DNA of 38,722 nt from a virus. The position numbers and the translations under genes are program-made. Shown here one piece after another: positions 33,835 through 38,722 of the stretch; positions within the stretch are counted from its first letter, which is position 1; each line of letters opens with the position of its first letter. The stretch lies in the IMG/VR virus record IMGVR_UViG_2864804954_000002; one strand, written 5' to 3'. Below the pieces are notes generated by a model. It was not told the origin of the DNA, did not search any database, and worked only from the letters and a program-made list of their open reading frames with translations.

Positions 33835-34503
33835 TCATAATTTTAATTTTCTATTTAGTTCATCAACTTCATTTTTCATATAATCTATTAAATATGTTGA
33901 CCTGAAATTAAATAATTCAAAGTGATGTATGAATGAAGTAACGTCATTTTCGCTAAATCCTTGTATTAGTACATCAATGTACCACTTATAAATATTTAAT
34001 TTTTCATAAATGTCATCTAATTCCTTACTGTCTTTTTCAAATGTAACGCTATTCTCTAGTGTCGAATAATATTTCATTGTAATATCTGATAAGTTTCTTC
34101 GCTTTTGTGCTAATTCATACTTATCGCCTTGATATTCATATAGCATTTCGTTTAAATCATTAATATTGTTATTGGTGATATCTATATATAAATCTCTGAA
34201 ATGTATATCAAAATATTGTAATAACTCTTTGAACTTAATTACTTCAATTTTAATTGATTTTAAATCGTCTTTTTCTAATTGGATATTATATTGTACTTTC
34301 CAATTAATAAAACCGATGATAGCAACAATTGGGGTAAGTACATAGGAGGTTGTAGTAATAATAGTATTGATTCCATTCATGCTAAAGGCACAAACAAGTG
34401 ATTTACCTTGACATATAGCCATATATTGAAAAAAACCAATTACCGAAAGGACAATGAGATATACCAATAAATAATAACCTATATATTTTTCTATATCTTT
34501 CAT
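33835..34503 (-). CDS. Membrane protein (two N-terminal TM helices plus a helical cytoplasmic domain) in a markedly AT-rich gene
   Basis: The hydrophobic segments YYLLVYLIVLSVIGFFQYMAI and TSYVLTPIVAIIGFINW. Lone minus-strand gene, visibly more AT-rich than its neighbours. Confidence 0.6.
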   Translation of the reverse strand: MKDIEKYIGYYLLVYLIVLSVIGFFQYMAICQGKSLVCAFSMNGINTIITTTSYVLTPIVAIIGFINWKVQYNIQLEKDDLKSIKIEVIKFKELLQYFDIHFRDLYIDITNNNINDLNEMLYEYQGDKYELAQKRRNLSDITMKYYSTLENSVTFEKDSKELDDIYEKLNIYKWYIDVLIQGFSENDVTSFIHHFELFNFRSTYLIDYMKNEVDELNRKLKL

Positions 34504-34595
34504 ACAACCCCCTAAAATCTAAGCCACAAATCATACCCTAACCTGTTACAAAATAGAGAAATATTTAACTGGATTAGCATTATTAATATAATTAA

Positions 34596-34607
34596 AATAG
34601 CTCTATT
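34596..34607. repeat. Dispersed motif, 12/14 copy in inverted orientation (AATAGCTCTATT), at the predicted parA promoter +1 region
   Basis: A putative TTTAAC-17-TATAAT promoter lies at 34564-34592. The motif lies 4 nt downstream of the -10. Confidence 0.75.
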
Positions 34608-34634
34608 GTTAAAGGTATTTAGAGCATAAGAAAA

Positions 34635-35249
34635 ATGATTGTATGTATAGCAAATCAAAAGGGTGGAGTTGGTAAGACAACCCTTGCAACTAACCTAGCT
34701 GTAGCATTAAGTAAGAAAGGGGACACAGTTCTTGTTGATGCTGATGACCAGCAATCTGCTGTTAAATGGTCAAAGCGTAGAACAGAAAATCTGATCGATA
34801 CAGAGCATCATAAAGGCGATTTGAAGAAGGTCCTGCTCGATCTGCAAAAGAAATATAAGTATGTCGTATTGGACGTTGCAGGGCGTGATTCAGAAGAGTT
34901 CCGTAGTGCCTTACAAGTTGCAGATAAATTGATTGTACCAACTCAACCAAGCCAAGCTGATGTTGAAGTATTGCCATTCGTGTTGAAGATGTTTAATACC
35001 TTCCAAAAGGTCAATGAAAAGCTTGAGCCGTTTATTGTGGTTAACAAAGCCCCTTCAAACTCAAAATCAACTGAAGTGGCAGATTCAATTGAACTGCTTC
35101 ATACGCTCCCTAAATTCAAGATCCTAAATACTGTGATCCGTGACCGTAAACAGTTCCGTGATGCTTCAGTACAAGGCTTATCTGTGTTGGAAATGGGTAG
35201 CTCGAAGGCTAAAGATGAGTTCAATGAGTTCTTGGTGGAGATCCTATAA
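34635..35249 (+). CDS. parA: ParA-family partition ATPase
   Basis: Deviant Walker A NQKGGVGKTT. 204 aa. Followed by a 1-nt overlapping partner gene. Confidence 0.85.
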   Translation: MIVCIANQKGGVGKTTLATNLAVALSKKGDTVLVDADDQQSAVKWSKRRTENLIDTEHHKGDLKKVLLDLQKKYKYVVLDVAGRDSEEFRSALQVADKLIVPTQPSQADVEVLPFVLKMFNTFQKVNEKLEPFIVVNKAPSNSKSTEVADSIELLHTLPKFKILNTVIRDRKQFRDASVQGLSVLEMGSSKAKDEFNEFLVEIL

Positions 35250-35707
35250 TGAGCAAGTTAAAAGCGAAAATAGGTTTTGGTGATGACCTTGACGAGATCC
35301 AGACTAATCCTGAAGCCACATTAGATGATGTTGCAGAGCAGGAAGTTGAATACACACGTAACTTAAAATACAAAATCATTCTTACACCGCATACAGGCGA
35401 AGTAAAAAAACGCTACCGTAAAGAACATGGACGCTTGGCATCTGTGCCTTTGTATTATGAGGAAGAGAAAGTTTTAAAAGAAGCAGCAGGTTTTGTCGGG
35501 GAGTCATTGAATGACTTCATCCGTGAAGTGGTTTTGAAAGAAGCAAAGCGTGTTTTAGGTGCAGAAAAATTTAACGCTACGATGAGTAAACCACTCAATC
35601 TAGCAAAGGTTGAATTGAGTGATGAAGAGCATCTGAAACTCAGTGAGCAGCGTAAAGCTGAACGTGAGAAGAATAAGCCTGCCAAAGCCAAGACCTATAG
35701 CGTATAA
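35249..35707 (+). CDS. Ribbon-helix-helix partition/centromere-binding partner (ParG/ParB-like)
   Basis: RLASVPLYYEEEKVLKEAAGFVGESLNDFIREVVLKEA is an RHH pattern. Position is immediately after parA. Confidence 0.55.
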   Translation: MSKLKAKIGFGDDLDEIQTNPEATLDDVAEQEVEYTRNLKYKIILTPHTGEVKKRYRKEHGRLASVPLYYEEEKVLKEAAGFVGESLNDFIREVVLKEAKRVLGAEKFNATMSKPLNLAKVELSDEEHLKLSEQRKAEREKNKPAKAKTYSV

Positions 35708-35710
35708 AAG

Positions 35711-35734
35711 AAAAGCTCCTTATGGAGCTTTTTT
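35711..35734. terminator. Bidirectional terminator hairpin
   Basis: AAAAGCTCC-ttat-GGAGCTTTT with flanking A and T runs. Overlaps the last codons of the convergent repressor gene. Confidence 0.7.
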
Positions 35735-36343
35735 ATTTTTAATAAATTTTGTAGCAAGTAAGGAAGCACCGATACCAATACCTAACAATGGATTTGCAAG
35801 TGATGCTAGAGCTACACCCATTGCTATGCCTGATGTACTTGCTATATCTGTAGGATTAATGAAACTTGTTGCTGCTATCTCAACCTTCTCTTGAACTTGT
35901 TTAACATCAAGATCGGGTTTTTTAGATACAAGATTTCTCACAGCTTTTTTTAGATCTAATGATATGTGGTCTTCAAAATTGGTAGGAAGAATAAGACTAT
36001 TTATATTTTCCTCATAATCTTCTTCACCTTCAGTATCCTTAATCAATCCATGCATTATGTTATATGTAGTTTGACTCAAAAAGGCTACTTCATGCTTGGT
36101 CAGGTAATCAGTTATCTCTTCAATAACAGCAACAATTTTACTTGCCTTAGTTCCAATCATTTCAGCCAAGATAGTTAAAAACTCCAAACTTATAGAAGAT
36201 TCTCCCCTTTCCATTTTACCTATCGCTGCATGGCTCATTCCAAACTTTTTACCAAGTTCACCCTGCTTTTTATAGCCTGCTTCTAACCTTATTTGGTTAA
36301 TGACATAGCCATTCACAATATCTAGTGTGCAAATTTTACTCAT
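35720..36343 (-). CDS. XRE-family HTH repressor with a C-terminal Gly-zipper membrane anchor
   Basis: HTH_3 pattern QGELGKKFGMSHAAIGKMERGESSISLEFL. The C-terminus is GIAMGVALASLANPLLGIGIGASLLATKFIKNKK. Confidence 0.7.
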   Translation of the reverse strand: MSKICTLDIVNGYVINQIRLEAGYKKQGELGKKFGMSHAAIGKMERGESSISLEFLTILAEMIGTKASKIVAVIEEITDYLTKHEVAFLSQTTYNIMHGLIKDTEGEEDYEENINSLILPTNFEDHISLDLKKAVRNLVSKKPDLDVKQVQEKVEIAATSFINPTDIASTSGIAMGVALASLANPLLGIGIGASLLATKFIKNKKAP

Positions 36344-36366
36344 TTGATCAATCTCTTATATCTTTT

Positions 36367-36392
36367 TAACAATCTATGATTGTTAGTATAAT
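36367..36392 (+). promoter_or_regulatory. Operator palindrome TAACAATC-tat-GATTGTTA abutting a TATAAT -10 box
   Basis: The inverted repeat is at 36367-36385 and TATAAT at 36387-36392, in the divergent region between the repressor and the 376-aa gene. Confidence 0.6.
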
Positions 36393-36406
36393 TCGCTTAA
36401 AAACAT

Positions 36407-36427
36407 CATGCAACTTTTAGTTGCATG
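36407..36427. repeat. Perfect inverted repeat CATGCAAC-tttta-GTTGCATG
   Basis: Read directly, in the same divergent region. Confidence 0.85.
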
Positions 36428-36527
36428 AAATAATAAATAATGGATATTATGAATCACATCGGAGCGAAACGATACGGCAGTCCTGAGCAATCAGGCATAA
36501 CTCAATAACCAATGAAAGGTGAAAAAA

Positions 36528-37658
36528 ATGACAAACGCTTCAACTCAATTCGACGCACAAGAATTTGCACAGTTCCAAGCATGGAAAAAACAAATGGCTG
36601 AAGAGCAGGCTAAAAAAGATGCTGAACGCCAGGAACAAGAATCGCTTAATGCAGTGAATAAAGAAAACTTCAAAATTGAGGATCTGGTCCAGTCCAATGA
36701 AAAATTTCAAAAACTGAATGAGCAAAAAGTTAAGTTCGCTGAACTCTGTGATTTTGCGTTTACGGATGCTAACCAAGCCTTAGTAGCAACTGTTTTCAGC
36801 TTTGCACAATGTCTTGCAGCGAATCAACGCACCACTGTTATGCTGAAAACGGCTGAAGCTTTAACAACAGACTTTATGCACATTTACGGATCTTGGGCAT
36901 ACCGCACGACCATGCATAAAAAGCTGAATAGCACTGAAGCTTGCATGACTGCCAATGCAATGCCTTACTACAACACATTAGGCACGACTTATGATACTGA
37001 GTTGAAAGAGCATTTCCGTACACAGGTAGATGAACTTAAACGTGGATCTCAGTATGTGATTGCCCCTGTATCATTGCAGAAATTCGATACAGCATCTAAA
37101 GAGTTTATCGGTAGCTTTACAGTGGATCTAACAAAAACATCCGATAAAAAAATTGATTGGACTGAGAATACACCTGAATTAAACCGTTTGCGGAATGATA
37201 TTGATTCCGACCAGTTTGAACTAATTTTTGAAATCCGTAAGGAGATTGAAAAACGTATTCCATTAATGACCAAGCTTTATAATATCTGTGAAGATGAAGC
37301 TGATTTTAAGAAGTACGCGCTTATTTTAGCAGTCGCGACATTCCTAGATTTAGAATCATTTAATGTGATTAAAGAAGCCGTATTAGAAATGGCAAATAAA
37401 GTTGAAAACGGCAATATTGAATTGTTCAAAGCTTCATTATCTGTTGCAGTTGAAAAATATAAATCTTGGAATCAAGAAAATATTTCAATTCATACGTTAG
37501 CTGAATTTATTACTGATACAGATTTTGGTGAAATTGGCATTGGTCGCTTGAGTTCGCTGTTATCTAAAATTGATTTAAAAACAGATAGCGTCCGTTGTAT
37601 GAATATCCCGACTCAAGGATTAGCAATCGCAACAATTGAAGAAAAGCTTGCAGCCTAA
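36528..37658 (+). CDS. Orphan 376-aa protein (possible plasmid replication/maintenance or lysogeny-control factor)
   Basis: ATG 36528 has AAAGGTG 7 nt upstream; the ORF track starts at GTG 36519. No motif recognised. Confidence 0.6.
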   Translation: MTNASTQFDAQEFAQFQAWKKQMAEEQAKKDAERQEQESLNAVNKENFKIEDLVQSNEKFQKLNEQKVKFAELCDFAFTDANQALVATVFSFAQCLAANQRTTVMLKTAEALTTDFMHIYGSWAYRTTMHKKLNSTEACMTANAMPYYNTLGTTYDTELKEHFRTQVDELKRGSQYVIAPVSLQKFDTASKEFIGSFTVDLTKTSDKKIDWTENTPELNRLRNDIDSDQFELIFEIRKEIEKRIPLMTKLYNICEDEADFKKYALILAVATFLDLESFNVIKEAVLEMANKVENGNIELFKASLSVAVEKYKSWNQENISIHTLAEFITDTDFGEIGIGRLSSLLSKIDLKTDSVRCMNIPTQGLAIATIEEKLAA

Positions 37659-37694
37659 GATGAATAAAAACCAAGCCTTGATGACTGATCACCA

Positions 37695-38252
37695 TTAAGG
37701 CTTATGCCCTACTGCCCTTTGAACTGTAGCAACACCCACACCAAACCTTTTAGCCACACTTCTAAAAGTCGAGCCATCTTCCTGCATGGCTTTTTGTATT
37801 TCTGAATAGTCTACTTTGCGCTTCCTGCCTTTATACAAGCCCTTCGCTTTGGCTTTAGCAATACCTTCCTTTTGACGTTCACGGATCATAGAGCGTTCAA
37901 ATTCAGCGAATGCAGCAAGCATCTGGAACATAAGTTTATTCATTGCCGATTGTGCTACATCATGGCTGAAGGTTAGATTTTCTTTATGAAAAATAATGGT
38001 TATGCCACGATCATTCAGACTGTTCACAATTTCATTCAGATCATTCGTATTTCGTGCCAGGCGGTCAATACTGTGAACATGCACCGTATCCCCATCACGA
38101 AGGTATTCGAGCATAGCGTTCAATTGAGGGCGTTCACGGCTACCACCACTTGCCTTCTCTGTGAAGGTTTTATCAAGGTGGATGCCATCCAATTGGCGTT
38201 CCGTATTTTGTTCAATTGAACTGACTCGAATGTAACCGACATGATTAGGCAT
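37695..38252 (-). CDS. Serine recombinase (resolvase/invertase family)
   Basis: GYIRVSSIEQNTERQ catalytic-Ser motif, DRLARN, and the C-terminal HTH FRSVAKRFGVGVATVQRAV. Confidence 0.9.
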   Translation of the reverse strand: MPNHVGYIRVSSIEQNTERQLDGIHLDKTFTEKASGGSRERPQLNAMLEYLRDGDTVHVHSIDRLARNTNDLNEIVNSLNDRGITIIFHKENLTFSHDVAQSAMNKLMFQMLAAFAEFERSMIRERQKEGIAKAKAKGLYKGRKRKVDYSEIQKAMQEDGSTFRSVAKRFGVGVATVQRAVGHKP

Positions 38253-38253
38253 T

Positions 38254-38370
38254 TTGTACCGTTAGCTATTAGATTTATAAATACATATTGTACCGAAATA
38301 GAAAGTTAAGTCTATAGATACTGATTTTTATATGATTTTACTAGGTCCTAAATTGTTCCGTTAAGCTATA
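38254..38370. promoter_or_regulatory. res-like site: three imperfect repeats of (A)TTGT(A/T)CCG(TTA/AAA)...
   Basis: TTGTACCGTTAGCTAT at 38254, ATTGTACCGAAATAG at 38287 and ATTGTTCCGTTAAGCTAT at 38352, directly upstream of the resolvase start. Confidence 0.6.
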
Positions 38371-38546
38371 CTCTATAGTTACATAAATTTAGATATTAAA
38401 AACTTCTCTCCGATAAACCCAGTACGGTTCACCTAAACAGATTGCTACCCCTGAACAAGTTGAACCAGAATCCGAAAAAAGAGGCTTTTAGAGCCGTTTC
38501 TTTAAGCTTCATGGCTGATCTTACTGTTTACCAAGGCTTATTAAAA

Positions 38547-38582
38547 TCGTGGAACATTGATCATTTAGAGGTCGTGGAACAT
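38547..38582. repeat. Two 11-bp direct repeats TCGTGGAACAT (25-bp period)
   Basis: Copies at 38547-57 and 38572-82. Confidence 0.8.
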
Positions 38583-38592
38583 GAAAAATCAT

Positions 38593-38622
38593 AAAAAAAG
38601 CCCACCTTGGGGGAGGTTGGGC
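38593..38622 (-). terminator. Intrinsic terminator for the methyltransferase/DUF262-HNH operon, reached across the circular junction
   Basis: On the minus strand, GCCCA(A)CC-loop-GGUGGGC is followed by U7. No minus-strand gene lies between it and 106..1212 once the ends are joined. Confidence 0.6.
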
Positions 38623-38627
38623 AAAAA

Positions 38628-38722
38628 AGAAACTACAGCATTGATTTCTATAGATAATTATAACGCATTTCGTATAACGTGTATTATGTTAATTTTAGAT
38701 AAATTTAACTTTAATACTTAAC
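38628..38722. repeat. Second copy of the 95-bp terminal duplication (includes the duplicated pdif at 38667..38694)
   Basis: Identical to 1..95. Confidence 0.9.

Noticed and set aside
30249-38219. Antisense or overlapping track ORFs in the right arm: 30249..30485, 30495..30710, 31041..31289, 31468..31680, 32962..33153, 34762..34977, 35455..35691, 35643..35894, 35966..36178, 36540..36776, 37049..37273 and 37986..38219. Also 2159..2350 on the left.
   Set aside because: Each overlaps a stronger gene on the other strand or in another frame, with no independent start signals.
1-38722. Integrase, protelomerase, tRNA genes, CRISPR array, reverse transcriptase/retron, DNA or RNA polymerase
   Set aside because: I looked for their characteristic motifs and sizes among all ORFs and noncoding gaps and recognised none. 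Absence is by inspection only and should be confirmed with HMM, tRNAscan or CRISPR finders.

Overview
All calls below come from reading the sequence and the ORF track, with no database search. The window is one complete, circularly closed genetic element. Its first 95 bp are repeated exactly at 38628..38722, giving a unit length of about 38,627 bp. It reads as an AT-rich temperate, podovirus-like phage-plasmid. The likely host is Acinetobacter or another Moraxellaceae member, inferred only from a pdif-type XerC/XerD site and the general look of the proteins.

Layout:
- (a) 106..2230 (-): an N6-adenine methyltransferase plus DUF262/HNH nuclease operon. Its intrinsic terminator lies across the contig junction.
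- (b) 2231..2990: about 700 bp without genes, holding a GC-richer structured island that includes a 108-nt nested perfect hairpin.
- (c) 2921..5201 (+): an early operon driven by a near-consensus promoter with a palindromic operator. It encodes ArdA-like antirestriction, small orphan proteins, a small HTH protein and an acidic orphan.
- (d) 5240..26197 (-): one long lysis and virion operon in T7-like order (portal, scaffold, capsid, adaptor, nozzle, internal virion proteins, TerS/TerL, tail fibre, holin, endolysin). Morons (non-essential accessory inserts) interrupt it: a GNAT acetyltransferase and a two-gene outer-membrane beta-barrel cassette.
- (e) 26866..28587: an accessory islet with a secreted protein, a T5orf172-like protein, a relBE-type toxin-antitoxin pair and an orphan.
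- (f) 28590..29990: a 1.4-kb gene-free region holding two tandem paralogous structured elements with compensatory base changes, which are candidate ncRNAs.
- (g) 29995..33664 (+): an SF2 DEAH helicase-like protein, a Rha/KilAC antirepressor and small orphans.
- (h) 33835..38400: plasmid-maintenance and immunity genes. These are an AT-rich membrane protein, a ParA plus RHH partner, an XRE repressor with a C-terminal membrane anchor, a 376-aa orphan and a serine resolvase with res-like repeats.

No integrase, protelomerase, DNA or RNA polymerase, tRNA or CRISPR array was seen. A 14-bp palindrome, TAATAGAGCTATTA, is dispersed through the element (4 exact copies plus 4 copies matching 12/14).
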